Assembly (NCBI GenBank): GCA_041589175.1
Contig: JBFHWF010000002.1
Location: 9,843-73,842 of the forward strand
Direction: 5' to 3'
Length of the DNA: 64,000 nucleotides
DNA from: Gammaproteobacteria bacterium
Lineage (GTDB): Bacteria > Pseudomonadota > Gammaproteobacteria > SZUA-229
Both the position numbers and the translations under genes were made by a program. The notes below the pieces were generated by a model, which saw nothing but the letters and a program-made list of their open reading frames with translations, was not told the DNA's origin and searched no databases. Positions within the stretch are counted from its first letter, which is position 1, and the number at the start of each line of letters is the position of its first letter. Positions 40,969 to 50,981 of the stretch are shown in pieces.

Positions 40969-41347
40969 GCTGCTTTTAGCCTTTAGCGGGAAACCTGGTT
41001 GAAAGCATTTCTTTGCTAATAAACACAAATCGTTAGTAAGTGAGTAACTAGGAGCCTAACTAGTGAGCGCGGAGTAAAACCCACAAGCATGCAATATATA
41101 TTAAAACTAGATCATTAATAGGTGTTTTTACTCCGCCCCCCCCTATTTTCGATTGCTGATTTTTCCTTAAGACTCATCCCATTACCTATAGTGTGAAACC
41201 CTGATCTGGGGTTAATGAAGGGAGCTTGGTTGTTGAACGTTGTCACAAAACTAAATAGCACGGGTAGAACAGGAGTTTTCACTGTTTACTTTTTGGTTGC
41301 AACTGATTAGTTTTGAAGTTTGATTATTATAATGCAAGGAAATTGTT

Positions 41348-42268
41348 GTGATTAGTGCAAATGCAATAAAAAAACAGCTCGCTTCTGCTTCGCTGATAAC
41401 CTTATTTACGTATGCTGGATTTGTAAATGCTTCAGACATTACTTTCGATCGTTTACCTTCGTCTATGGATACGGGTGGTGTGTTTCATAGTGTAACGGAT
41501 TCAGGCTATACGGTTGAAGCAACAGGAAACTGGTTCTGGATCAGTACGGGTACTTCCTGTACGCCGGATTGTGCTGATAACGGCACGCAGTATCTTGCTA
41601 CGCAGATTGGCCCCGAACCGATCGCTGTTTATAAAAACGATGCAGGATTATTTGACCTTGTTGCTTTCGATTATGGTGAAACGCATATTGGAAATCGTAG
41701 CGCGGCAAGCTATATCAATGTGACTGGTTTTGTTCAGGATGGTAGCGTTGTTACAGAAACTGTTTATCTTGATTTCGTTAATGATGGTACTGGGCCATTA
41801 GCAGATTTCCAGACGGCTGTATTGCCTGATACCTTCCGTAACCTGACAATGGTTTATTTTGCCACAGATGAACACTTTAAAGTCTTTTCTCTCGATAACA
41901 TTGTTATGAATGACCTTGAGGCTGAGGTGATGATTCCTACCCAGTGTGAGATGGATTTTCCGGATATTCGTGTAATCTCAACTGGTGGTGGTCAGAGTGG
42001 TGCCGTGAATCAGCAGATTCAGGTTGTATTCACAGGGCATATTATGACGCAAACTGGCTTGACGACTGGCGGTAAAAACTCAGTCAGCATTTGTCCTGGA
42101 ACAGTTGTCAATTATGAAATATTGTCAATACAAGGAGAGGCCAGTTGTACGCTGAATGGCCTACCATTAAATTCGACTGGACGATTAGCAACTGGGCAGG
42201 TGATGATCTGTAATAATAAGCCAACGGGTCAAGATACAGATCGTTTCTCGATTAAAAGTGGCAGATAA
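41348..42268 (+). CDS. Orphan secreted protein of unknown function
   Basis: GTG start preceded by AAGGA. Signal peptide LASASLITLFTYAGFVNA, several Cys, and no motif I recognise. Confidence 0.6.
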   Translation: MISANAIKKQLASASLITLFTYAGFVNASDITFDRLPSSMDTGGVFHSVTDSGYTVEATGNWFWISTGTSCTPDCADNGTQYLATQIGPEPIAVYKNDAGLFDLVAFDYGETHIGNRSAASYINVTGFVQDGSVVTETVYLDFVNDGTGPLADFQTAVLPDTFRNLTMVYFATDEHFKVFSLDNIVMNDLEAEVMIPTQCEMDFPDIRVISTGGGQSGAVNQQIQVVFTGHIMTQTGLTTGGKNSVSICPGTVVNYEILSIQGEASCTLNGLPLNSTGRLATGQVMICNNKPTGQDTDRFSIKSGR

Positions 42269-42298
42269 TTTCAGGCACACAGGCTAGATAGATAATAT

Positions 42299-42328
42299 AA
42301 AGGGGCTGCCTAACAAGGCAGCCTTTTT
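42299..42328 (+). terminator. Intrinsic terminator after the orphan gene
   Basis: Stem ggctgcc/ggcagcc, loop taacaa, then T5. Confidence 0.65.
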
Positions 42329-42515
42329 GTTTATATCGGCTAAGAACGAGTAATGGAAATGGCAAAACCATAAAAAATCTAAGCTATCAACATGCGCTTC
42401 ATCGATGATTTCGTTCGCATGCAGCAGGCGGCAATGTCCTGCCTCATAAGCCGAAATATTGACTCGGCTTTGCCGCTATATACACAAGTCGCTGATAAAT
42501 AAGGATAAAAATTTC

Positions 42516-42532
42516 TGGCACAATAAATGCTG
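42516..42532 (+). promoter_or_regulatory. Sigma-54 promoter for fleS-fleR (possibly also fliE onward)
   Basis: TGGCAC-aataaa-TGCT with GG-N10-GC spacing, about 40 nt upstream of the fleS ATG. Confidence 0.55.
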
Positions 42533-42571
42533 CATTACTGCTAAGTTGAATACAGGTGACACAAACACGTC

Positions 42572-43906
42572 ATGCAGAGTGCAGTCAAAACATCATCTAG
42601 CCTATTAACGGAAGGTCGTCCCACCCCACGGGCCGATGCTACCGAGGTGCTGGATGCAGTGCCCCAGGACCCCACCGATAAGGGTGCTGCACAGATGGAC
42701 CCTGTACAACTTGTTGCCGCCTTCGAGCAGTTTGGGCGGCTATCCGAACAACTTCAGCAGTCCTACCATGACCTGGATCAGCGCGCTGAGCGCCTGACGG
42801 CCCAGCTGGCCTCGGCGCAGGATGAACGTATGCGCCAGCTTGCAGAAAAAGAAGCGCTGGCGCAGCGTCTTGAAACCCTGCTCGCAGCGCTGCCTGCAGG
42901 TGTGTTACAGGTTGATGAAAAAGGGCTGATTCAAAGCGCTAACCCGGCTGCAGAACAATTACTGGAACAATCACTGGGTGGTCTCCACTGGCAACAGGTT
43001 TATGAAAGTGTCTGTGCGCGGCATACGGATTCAGGTCTGTACCTGCAGTCCGGTCGTGTGCTTCGGGTGAAAACACAGCCACTGGAAGCCGGGCAGGGGC
43101 AGATTATCCTGCTGGATGATATTACTGAGCAGCGCATGCTGGAAGAACTTGCTAACCGAGAAAACCGACTGGCAGCCATGGGGCAGATGGCAGCGGGGCT
43201 TGCCCACCAGCTGCGCACACCACTGGCATCCGCTGTGCTCTACGCATCTCAGCTACCGCGTTATATTCCCGCCGAGGAAAAGCCTCAAAAGGCGGTACAT
43301 AAAATTCGCACTAGTCTGCGTTACCTCGAAAAACTGATCAATGACATGTTGATGTATGCCAAGGGTGGCGAATTTTCAGAACAGCATTTTGCTCTTGATG
43401 ATCTGCTAGTGACATTCAATGCGCGTATTGAAAATCGCTTACGGGAAAACGCGGCGAAGCTAAGTATTATCAGTAGTGAAAACGACATTAGTTTGACTGG
43501 CAGCCTTGATGCTCTGGTGAGTGTGCTGATGAACCTGGCAGAAAATGCCATCGAAGCCAGCGAGCCGGAAAATTGTGAGATGGAACTGGAAGTGTACCAG
43601 CAGGCCGGTTACCTGATCCTTGTGCTGCGTGATAACGGCCCGGGCCTGACGCACGAACAGCAGGCGAAAATTTTCCAGGCATTCTATACCCAGCGCGAAA
43701 AAGGTACCGGGCTCGGTCTTGCTGTCGCGCAGTCGATCGTGCAGGCCCATCATGGTGATTTACTCGTGCGCTCACAGCCCGGCAAGGGCAGTAATTTTTA
43801 CGTCTGTTTACCGCTGCAACGGGGTGAACAGTTTCTTTCCAGCGGTGAAGACATTGCCGCCGACATCAAAGCGAATAAGCCGGAGTTCATGGGAGGTTAT
43901 GCATGA
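42572..43906 (+). CDS. fleS: Flagellar two-component sensor kinase FleS/FlrB (PAS, HisKA, HATPase; soluble)
   Basis: H-box GLAHQLRTPLASA, N-box NLAENAIEA and G-boxes DNGPGL/GTGLGL. It overlaps fleR by 4 nt. Confidence 0.85.
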   Translation: MQSAVKTSSSLLTEGRPTPRADATEVLDAVPQDPTDKGAAQMDPVQLVAAFEQFGRLSEQLQQSYHDLDQRAERLTAQLASAQDERMRQLAEKEALAQRLETLLAALPAGVLQVDEKGLIQSANPAAEQLLEQSLGGLHWQQVYESVCARHTDSGLYLQSGRVLRVKTQPLEAGQGQIILLDDITEQRMLEELANRENRLAAMGQMAAGLAHQLRTPLASAVLYASQLPRYIPAEEKPQKAVHKIRTSLRYLEKLINDMLMYAKGGEFSEQHFALDDLLVTFNARIENRLRENAAKLSIISSENDISLTGSLDALVSVLMNLAENAIEASEPENCEMELEVYQQAGYLILVLRDNGPGLTHEQQAKIFQAFYTQREKGTGLGLAVAQSIVQAHHGDLLVRSQPGKGSNFYVCLPLQRGEQFLSSGEDIAADIKANKPEFMGGYA

Positions 43907-45276
43907 CTCAAATGAAGCAAGCCGAAGCGATTAAGCAGCAGGCGGATATCCTGGTTGTGGAAGACGACGCGGAACTGCGTGAAGCTATCTGTGATACCTG
44001 TGAAATAGCTGGTTACGAAGTAATCTGCGCCGAACATGGACAGGCCGCACTGGCACGCCTCGCGGATAGCCAGTTCAGACTGGTACTGACCGATATCCAG
44101 ATGCAACCCATGGACGGCTACGATTTATTGCGTCATATACGAGAATACCAACCCGAGTTGCCGGTAATCGTAATGACGGCTTATGCGAGTATCGAGAAGG
44201 CCGTTGATATTATGCGCATGGGTGCGAGTGATTATCTGGTAAAACCTTTCGAGGCGGAGGTATTACAGGAACTCATTGATCGCTACATGCCCGAAAAGCT
44301 GTCAGCAATTGATGAAGCCGAGTTAATCGCCGAAGATCCCAAGATGCAGTCGCTTAAGTTACTGGCTAGCAAGGTGGCACAGAGTGATGCAACGGTTCTG
44401 TTGCATGGTGAAAGTGGTGTTGGTAAAGAAGTATTCGCACAGTTTATACATAATCAGTCAAGTCGACGTGATTATCCTTTTGTTGCAATTAACTGCGCGG
44501 CAATTCCAGAAAATATGCTCGAGGCGGTACTGTTTGGTTATGAAAAAGGTGCCTTTACTGGTGCGCATCAGTCAACGCCTGGTAAATTCGAGCTGGCACA
44601 GAATGGCACACTGTTACTCGACGAAATTTCCGAAATGGATGCGGCTCTGCAGGCAAAACTGTTACGTGTGTTGCAGGAAAAAGAAGTTGAGCGACTGGGA
44701 TCTCGTAAGCCGCTGAAACTGGACGTTCGTGTACTGGCAACCACCAATCGTAATCTCAAGCGGGAGGTCAGTGAAGGGCGGTTTCGTGAAGACCTGTTCT
44801 ATCGTCTGAGTGTTTTCCCGATGCAGATTCCACCATTACGTGATCGTGTCGCCGATATTATTCCTATTGCCGTGCGATTGTTAAATAGACATGCAGGAAA
44901 TCGTGACAATAGTTTGCAACTAAGTCCAGAAGCACAGCAGAAGTTATTGAACTATTCCTGGCGTGGTAATGTGCGTGAGCTGGACAATGTCATGCAACGT
45001 GCCCTGATTTTCCGCGAAGGTAACGAAGTCAGCGCGATGCATATCCATCTGGAAACTGATGATTATGGGCAGTCGGCAGAAAGCCTGACAGCAGATAATA
45101 CAAGCCAGAATTCTGAACTAATGCATGGCCTCAAGGATCGTGAGCAACAGTTAATCCTGGAAGCACTAAAGGCTGGAAACGGTAGCCGAAAATATGCGGC
45201 TGAGCGTTTAGGTATAAGTCCACGTACATTACGTTATAAGTTAGCACGCATGCGAGATGCAGGTATTACGGTTTAA
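43903..45276 (+). CDS. fleR: Sigma-54-dependent response regulator FleR/FlrC
   Basis: Receiver (VLTDIQMQPMDG), AAA+ motifs GESGVGKE and GAFTGA, and a Fis-type HTH. Confidence 0.9.
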   Translation: MTQMKQAEAIKQQADILVVEDDAELREAICDTCEIAGYEVICAEHGQAALARLADSQFRLVLTDIQMQPMDGYDLLRHIREYQPELPVIVMTAYASIEKAVDIMRMGASDYLVKPFEAEVLQELIDRYMPEKLSAIDEAELIAEDPKMQSLKLLASKVAQSDATVLLHGESGVGKEVFAQFIHNQSSRRDYPFVAINCAAIPENMLEAVLFGYEKGAFTGAHQSTPGKFELAQNGTLLLDEISEMDAALQAKLLRVLQEKEVERLGSRKPLKLDVRVLATTNRNLKREVSEGRFREDLFYRLSVFPMQIPPLRDRVADIIPIAVRLLNRHAGNRDNSLQLSPEAQQKLLNYSWRGNVRELDNVMQRALIFREGNEVSAMHIHLETDDYGQSAESLTADNTSQNSELMHGLKDREQQLILEALKAGNGSRKYAAERLGISPRTLRYKLARMRDAGITV

Positions 45277-45291
45277 GGTGAGGTAGTTTCG

Positions 45292-45630
45292 ATGAGTAAC
45301 AATATTAATGTTCAACAGTTACTTGCGCAGATGCGCGTCATGGAAGCCCAGGCAAAGGCTCAGATAACCGAGCCAGGTGCCATTAACCAGGCAAACAATG
45401 TAAATGGCCCCGACTTTTCCGAGTTACTGGCAAACCAGATTAACCAGGTAAATGACACTATGCAGGCATCTGGAAAAATGGCTGCGGCATTTGAAAAAGG
45501 AGAGGCTGATATTTCCATGGCACAGCTGATGGTGCAGATGGAAAAATCCAGTGTCTCCTTCCAGGCAATGACACAGATTCGAAACCGACTCCTGAGTGCC
45601 TACCAGGAAATTATGAATATGCCGGTTTAA
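45292..45630 (+). CDS. fliE: Flagellar hook-basal body protein FliE
   Basis: 112 aa with the C-terminus SFQAMTQIRNRLLSAYQEIMNMPV. Confidence 0.9.
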   Translation: MSNNINVQQLLAQMRVMEAQAKAQITEPGAINQANNVNGPDFSELLANQINQVNDTMQASGKMAAAFEKGEADISMAQLMVQMEKSSVSFQAMTQIRNRLLSAYQEIMNMPV

Positions 45631-45664
45631 GGCTGTAAACGAGAATAGTTAATCGGACAGAATT

Positions 45665-47356
45665 ATGGCAGAGCAAGTTGTTGAAACTCCACCCGGCGTG
45701 ATGATGGTTCCCTTGCCCCGCATCATTGGTGCGGTGCTTGGCGTTGTCGTAACCGTACTGGTCAGTATTGGTATTTACAGCTGGGGAACAACGCCGAATT
45801 ACGCTTCATTGTATACCGGGCTGGAACCCGGTGATGCGGCTGAAGTCGTTGCTGCTTTGCAGGCTGCAGGGATTGAGTATGAACTGAACGCTGCCTCTGG
45901 ACAGGTCATGGTTGACAGTAGTCGTGTACACGAAGCACGTTTGAAAATGGCTGCCCAGGGTCTGCCTAAAGGCACAGCGATCGGTGTTGAAATGCTGCAG
46001 GAAGAGCAGAGTTTTGGCACCTCGCAATTTGTTGAGAGTGCACGCTATCACCATGCTATGGAAACCGAGCTGGCACGTACTATTAGCACCATGCGTAATG
46101 TTAAATCAGCGCGAGTGCATCTGGCCATTCCAAAACATTCCGTATTTGTGCGCAAGCGTGAACAGCCCAGTGCGTCTGTTGCTCTCAGCCTGTATGGTGG
46201 ACGAAACATGGAGCAGGGGCAGGTCAATGCGATTGTGCATATGGTTGCTTCGAGTATTTCCAGTCTGTCTCCAGAACATGTCACGGTAGTTGATCAGAAT
46301 GGTCGCCTGTTATCGTCGGGTGATATTTCCGGTAATGTGGCAATGACCGCAAAGCAGTACGATTATACCCGCCAGGTCGAAGAAGATTATGCGCGTCGTA
46401 TCGAGCGTTTGCTGGAGCCCATTATCGGGCTGGGTAAAGTGCGAGCCACGGTTAATGCGAATATCGATTTTACCCAGCAGGAAAGTACCGAAGAGCTGTT
46501 TAATAATGCTAACCAGGTGGTGCGCAGTGAGCAGTCATCTGAAACCAGTCGATTTAACAAAGATGCGACTGCAGGTGTTCCCGGTGCACTGGCAAATCAG
46601 CCACCGGAAGGTGGTCAGCTACAACCCGGTGCGGGTGAACTCGATGGTGAAGCTGCCACTGCCGCTCGACCCGCCCCTCTCAACACTAGCAAGAATTCAG
46701 TTCGCAATTATGAAGTGGACCGTACCATTCGTCACCTTCGTCAGAGTACCGGAAAGATTATGCGCCTGAGTGTAGCCGTGTTGGTGGATGATCGTGTCAG
46801 TGTGGCAGATGATGGTAGTACCACTCGTACACCATTGAGTAATGAGGAAATCACGCGAATGAACACGCTGGTACGTCAGACCATTGGCTTTGATGAAGAG
46901 CGTGGCGATGAAGTTAACGTGATTAATGCATCGTTTACTCCGCTGGATGAAATTGGTGAAGTTCCTGAAGGTTCATTACTCGAAAATCCATGGATACAGT
47001 TCGCGCTTAAGTGGATCTGGCCGTTTATACTTATACTGATCGTTATCTTTACTATTCTCAAACCCTCGATCAAGGGATTGACCAGCTATACCCCGCCAGG
47101 ACATCGGCTTGAGTCGGAAGGTGAAGAAGCCGGTGAGGGCGGTGCTAGAGCCGGTGGCAGAGGCGAAGCTGGCGAGGGTGGTGTAGAAGGTCTGGAAGGC
47201 CCCGAAGGTGTCGCACAGCTGGAGCATATGGGTGAAGGTGGTATTCCACTGCCGAAGGACCACGACGAAAAAGTTGAGTTTGCCCAGAATATGGCAAAAG
47301 AAGATCCCAAGAAGGTCGCCATTGTTGTCAAAGACTGGCTGGCCAATGAAAGTTAA
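45665..47356 (+). CDS. fliF: Flagellar MS-ring protein FliF
   Basis: N-terminal TM, the YASLYTGLEPGDAAEVVAALQAAGIEYE motif, and a second TM near the C-terminus. Confidence 0.95.
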   Translation: MAEQVVETPPGVMMVPLPRIIGAVLGVVVTVLVSIGIYSWGTTPNYASLYTGLEPGDAAEVVAALQAAGIEYELNAASGQVMVDSSRVHEARLKMAAQGLPKGTAIGVEMLQEEQSFGTSQFVESARYHHAMETELARTISTMRNVKSARVHLAIPKHSVFVRKREQPSASVALSLYGGRNMEQGQVNAIVHMVASSISSLSPEHVTVVDQNGRLLSSGDISGNVAMTAKQYDYTRQVEEDYARRIERLLEPIIGLGKVRATVNANIDFTQQESTEELFNNANQVVRSEQSSETSRFNKDATAGVPGALANQPPEGGQLQPGAGELDGEAATAARPAPLNTSKNSVRNYEVDRTIRHLRQSTGKIMRLSVAVLVDDRVSVADDGSTTRTPLSNEEITRMNTLVRQTIGFDEERGDEVNVINASFTPLDEIGEVPEGSLLENPWIQFALKWIWPFILILIVIFTILKPSIKGLTSYTPPGHRLESEGEEAGEGGARAGGRGEAGEGGVEGLEGPEGVAQLEHMGEGGIPLPKDHDEKVEFAQNMAKEDPKKVAIVVKDWLANES

Positions 47357-47373
47357 TGAGAGGTAGCTAAATA

Positions 47374-48384
47374 ATGGCAGATGAAAAACTACCCGCATTA
47401 ACTGGCGTACAGCGAGCCGCTGTGCTGTTAATGGTCATCGGTTCGGAAAACGCCGCAGAAGTATTGAAGCACATGAATCCCAAGGAGGTTCAGAGCCTCG
47501 GTTCAGCGATGGCTAATCTGCAGAATGTAAACAAGGCGACCATGGAAAAGGTGATGGATGATTTCATCAGCGAAGTTCACAATAAAACCTCGGTGGGGAT
47601 CGGTTCCGAGGACTATATTCGCGAGATGATGGTGAATGCGCTCGGCGAAGATAAGGCCAATAATATGATTGACCGTATTCTTCTCGGCAGTGGCAATAAG
47701 GGGCTCGAGTCATTGAAATGGATGGACGCGCGCTCGGTTGCAGAGGTGATCCGTCTGGAGCACCCACAGATTATCGCCATCGTGCTGGCCTATCTGGAGC
47801 CTGATCAGTCGGCAGAAGTTCTGAAAATGCTACCCGAGCGTGCGCGCCCGGATATTCTGATGCGTGTCGCTTCGCTGGAAGGCATCCCCCCCTCGGCACT
47901 GCAGGAACTCGATAAAATTATGGAGCGGCAGTTTTCAGGAAACCAGAATGTCAGCCAGAACAGCATGGGTGGTCTTAAAACTGCGGCGAATATTCTTAAC
48001 TTTATGGATTCCGCTATCGAAGGCTCGATTATGGAAACCATTGGCGATATCGACCAGGATATGCAGGAAGGTATCTCGGAACTCATGTTTGTATTCGATA
48101 ACCTGAATGAGGTTGATGATAGAGGTATACAGGCACTGTTGAGAGAGATTTCTACAGATATTCTGACACTCGCACTGAAGGGTGCCGATGAAGGCCTGAA
48201 AGAAAAAATTCTCAAGAATATGTCGAAGCGTGCGGCAGAAATGCTGCGTGAAGACATGGAAGCCAGTGGTCCCGTACGCCTGAGTGAAGTCGAAACCGCT
48301 CAGAAGGAAATACTCAGCACGGCACGCCGACTGGCGGATGAAGGTGAGATTATGCTGGGTGGTGGCGGTGAAGAGTTTGTATAA
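47374..48384 (+). CDS. fliG: Flagellar motor switch protein FliG
   Basis: LTGVQRAAVLLMVIG and MFVFDNL motifs plus the C-terminal torque-helix region. Confidence 0.95.
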   Translation: MADEKLPALTGVQRAAVLLMVIGSENAAEVLKHMNPKEVQSLGSAMANLQNVNKATMEKVMDDFISEVHNKTSVGIGSEDYIREMMVNALGEDKANNMIDRILLGSGNKGLESLKWMDARSVAEVIRLEHPQIIAIVLAYLEPDQSAEVLKMLPERARPDILMRVASLEGIPPSALQELDKIMERQFSGNQNVSQNSMGGLKTAANILNFMDSAIEGSIMETIGDIDQDMQEGISELMFVFDNLNEVDDRGIQALLREISTDILTLALKGADEGLKEKILKNMSKRAAEMLREDMEASGPVRLSEVETAQKEILSTARRLADEGEIMLGGGGEEFV

Positions 48385-48422
48385 GGTTCAGGCGGGCAAT
48401 GCCTGATCTTTAAGGTGAACAG

Positions 48423-49091
48423 ATGCCAAAAAAATATACGGTAACAGATGCAGATATACAGCATTACCTGCCCCCGGAGTTGACGGGACCAATCGTTGGC
48501 ATGCGGGAAGACAGTGTTCGCCCCAAAACCGTAGAAGAAATCGAAGAGATTCAGAAAAAAGCCTACGAGGAAGCCTACCAGGAAGGTTATAAAAAAGGCT
48601 TCGAAGAAGGCAGCCAGAAAGGCTACGAGGAAATGCAGATTGAAGTAAAGGCATTTCGCGAAAAGGCCACACAGTTAGAATCAATCATCCGCTTTATGAA
48701 TCACCCCCTCGAGAATATGGACGAGGCAGTTGAGCAGCAGCTTTCGAACCTTGCCGTTGAGCTTGCAAGGCATTTACTGAAAAAGGAAAGTAGCCTGGAA
48801 GCCGAACATATTTATGCACTGGTGCATGAATCGCTGGAGTATCTGCCAGTGCGTTCGCGTAATGTTTGTGTGCGCCTGCACCCGGATGATCTGGCATTGC
48901 TTAATCAGGCAGAAATCGATATCGATAATCAGAGCTGGAGCTATGTGTCCGACAATAATATTACCCCTGGTGGTTGCCTGGTGGAGTCGGATGCTTCACA
49001 TATCGATGCCAGCGTAGAAACGCGTCTGCAACAGCTGGTAGAACAACTGGATCTGCATGAGTCGGGAGAAAATACCGATGCAGATGAGTGA
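48423..49091 (+). CDS. fliH: Flagellar export ATPase regulator FliH
   Basis: AYEEAYQEGYKKGFEEG repeat region and its position before fliI. Confidence 0.85.
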   Translation: MPKKYTVTDADIQHYLPPELTGPIVGMREDSVRPKTVEEIEEIQKKAYEEAYQEGYKKGFEEGSQKGYEEMQIEVKAFREKATQLESIIRFMNHPLENMDEAVEQQLSNLAVELARHLLKKESSLEAEHIYALVHESLEYLPVRSRNVCVRLHPDDLALLNQAEIDIDNQSWSYVSDNNITPGGCLVESDASHIDASVETRLQQLVEQLDLHESGENTDADE

Positions 49092-50463
49092 TCATTATCA
49101 GAAGTGGCAGTCTAATCTCAGCAGAAAAAAATCCCTGCTAAGCTCCCCGGAACCGATAGTTGAAGGACGCCTGACGCGAATGGTGGGCTTAACACTTGAG
49201 GCCGTTGGCTGTGAGGCAGCTGTAGGCACTAGCTGTGATATCGTTGCACCGGGAAATCATCATATTGAAGCCGAAGTGGTGGGGTTTTCCGATGAGAAAA
49301 CTTTTCTCATGGCAATGGGTGAAAGTCGTGGTCTGGTGCCCAATGCACGCGTTATTCCGGTTGGCCATTCCAGTTTCGTGACCATCAGTGACGGATTTCT
49401 TGGGCGAGTTATTGATGGTCGAGGTCGTCCACTGGATGATCAGGGGCCTATTCGCATCACCGCAAAACATGCCATGGATATGCCGCTGGCAGGTAAGCCC
49501 GTAAACCCCCTCTTGCGTGAACCCATCAAGCAACCGTTAGATGTTGGCGTGCGTGCGATTAATGCACTCCTGACCGTTGGCCGTGGCCAGCGAATGGGGC
49601 TATTTGCCGGTACCGGCGTGGGTAAGAGTATCTTGCTGGGGATGATGACAAAGTATACCGAGGCCGATGTGATCGTGGTTGGTCTGATCGGTGAGCGGGG
49701 ACGAGAGGTGAAGGAGTTTGTGCAGGATATCCTTGGGCCTGAAGGCCTGCAACGAGCCTGTGTGGTTGCTGCACCTGCAGATGCTTCACCGCTGGTGCGT
49801 ATTCATGGTGCGATGCTGGCCACCAGTGTCGCCGAGTACTTCCGTGACCAGGGTAAGAAGGTGCTGTTGCTGATGGATTCCCTGTCGCGATTCGCCCAGG
49901 CACAACGGGAAATTGGCCTGTCGATATCTGAACCACCCGCGACCCGAGGTTACCCGCCTTCGGTTTTTGCTCGTATTCCCCAACTGGTGGAGCGTGCGGG
50001 TAATGGTCAGGCAGGTAAAGGCTCAATCACGGCATTTTATACCGTGCTGACAGAAGGAGATGATCAGAATGACCCTATTGCAGATGCTGCTCGCGGTATT
50101 CTTGATGGGCACATCGTATTATCTCGTCAGCTTGCGGATATGGGGCAGTACCCGGCTATTGATATGGAATCTTCGGTAAGCCGTGTCATGCCGATGGTCA
50201 CCGAAGAGTCTCAGTTACAGGCGAGTAACCGGGTCAAGCAGCTATACTCACTGTATGAACAGAACCGTGACCTGATAAATGTGGGTGCATACCAGGCGGG
50301 CACGAATCCGGCCATCGACCAGGCGATCATGATGCAGCCACGTATTCAGCAGTTCCTGAAGCAGGATATGACCGAAGCGGTTAATCTGAGTGACAGTCAG
50401 CATCAGCTCGATCAATTGATTGCTGAAGGTGACGCGGTTAGCAAGATTAATGAAACGGCATAA
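49078..50463 (+). CDS. fliI: Flagellum-specific ATPase FliI
   Basis: Walker A GTGVGKS and Walker B VLLLMDSLSR. A GGGAGA Shine-Dalgarno sequence sits before ATG 49078. The ORF-track start is 49057. Confidence 0.95.
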   Translation: MQMSDHYQKWQSNLSRKKSLLSSPEPIVEGRLTRMVGLTLEAVGCEAAVGTSCDIVAPGNHHIEAEVVGFSDEKTFLMAMGESRGLVPNARVIPVGHSSFVTISDGFLGRVIDGRGRPLDDQGPIRITAKHAMDMPLAGKPVNPLLREPIKQPLDVGVRAINALLTVGRGQRMGLFAGTGVGKSILLGMMTKYTEADVIVVGLIGERGREVKEFVQDILGPEGLQRACVVAAPADASPLVRIHGAMLATSVAEYFRDQGKKVLLLMDSLSRFAQAQREIGLSISEPPATRGYPPSVFARIPQLVERAGNGQAGKGSITAFYTVLTEGDDQNDPIADAARGILDGHIVLSRQLADMGQYPAIDMESSVSRVMPMVTEESQLQASNRVKQLYSLYEQNRDLINVGAYQAGTNPAIDQAIMMQPRIQQFLKQDMTEAVNLSDSQHQLDQLIAEGDAVSKINETA

Positions 50464-50495
50464 AGTTTGAATGTATATAACCTGAGAGGCATGTG

Positions 50496-50933
50496 ATGCG
50501 CTCGAAACGCATGCAATCCATCGCACATATTGCGGACCAGCAACAGCAGGAGGCTGTGCAGGTGTATGTGGCTGCGCAGCAATCGGTGGTAGAGGCTCAG
50601 CATCAGCTCGAACAGTTACTTGATTACCGTATTGAGTACAGTGAAAAGCGGGTCAGCTGCCATATGTCGATTCACCAGTTACGGGATTACCAGCTGTTTC
50701 TCGACAAGCTGAACCAGAGTATCGAGCAGGCGCATCTTCAGATTGAGCATCGAAAGCAGCACTGCGAAGCCCAGCGCCTTATCTGGTTGCAGACGCGTAC
50801 GCGAAGCAAGGCGCTTGATGCAGTGATCACTAAATACCAGCAGCAGGAAGCGATGCTGGAAGCGCGTATCGAACAGAAAGAACAGGATGAGTTCGCCAGC
50901 CGTATCCTCGGCAGAAGACATAGCCAGAAATAA
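50496..50933 (+). CDS. fliJ: Flagellar export chaperone FliJ
   Basis: Coiled-coil protein of about 145 aa after fliI, with GAGAGG before ATG 50496. Confidence 0.8.
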   Translation: MRSKRMQSIAHIADQQQQEAVQVYVAAQQSVVEAQHQLEQLLDYRIEYSEKRVSCHMSIHQLRDYQLFLDKLNQSIEQAHLQIEHRKQHCEAQRLIWLQTRTRSKALDAVITKYQQQEAMLEARIEQKEQDEFASRILGRRHSQK

Positions 50934-50956
50934 CGATTAACGCAGCCAGTATAAGT

Positions 50957-50972
50957 TGGCACGTCAATTGCG
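50957..50972 (+). promoter_or_regulatory. Sigma-54 promoter for fliK
   Basis: TGGCACG-tcaa-TTGCG, a near-consensus match with GG-N10-GC spacing. Confidence 0.7.
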
Positions 50973-50981
50973 AATCTGTGT

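Noticed and set aside
41251-41439. A 62-aa minus-strand ORF that overlaps the start of the orphan secreted-protein gene.
   Set aside because: It overlaps the better-supported plus-strand gene, which has a Shine-Dalgarno sequence and a signal peptide, and it has no features of its own.
42385-42450. Tiny ORFs (6 and 19 codons, e.g. MRFIDDFVRMQQAAMSCLI) in the spacer before fleS.
   Set aside because: They are too short, lack ribosome-binding sites, and cannot be assessed for conservation from this window.
47805-50026. Antisense ORFs of 150 aa (in fliG) and 155 aa (in fliI).
   Set aside because: They are shadow ORFs of highly conserved flagellar genes, with Ser/Arg/Pro-rich composition.
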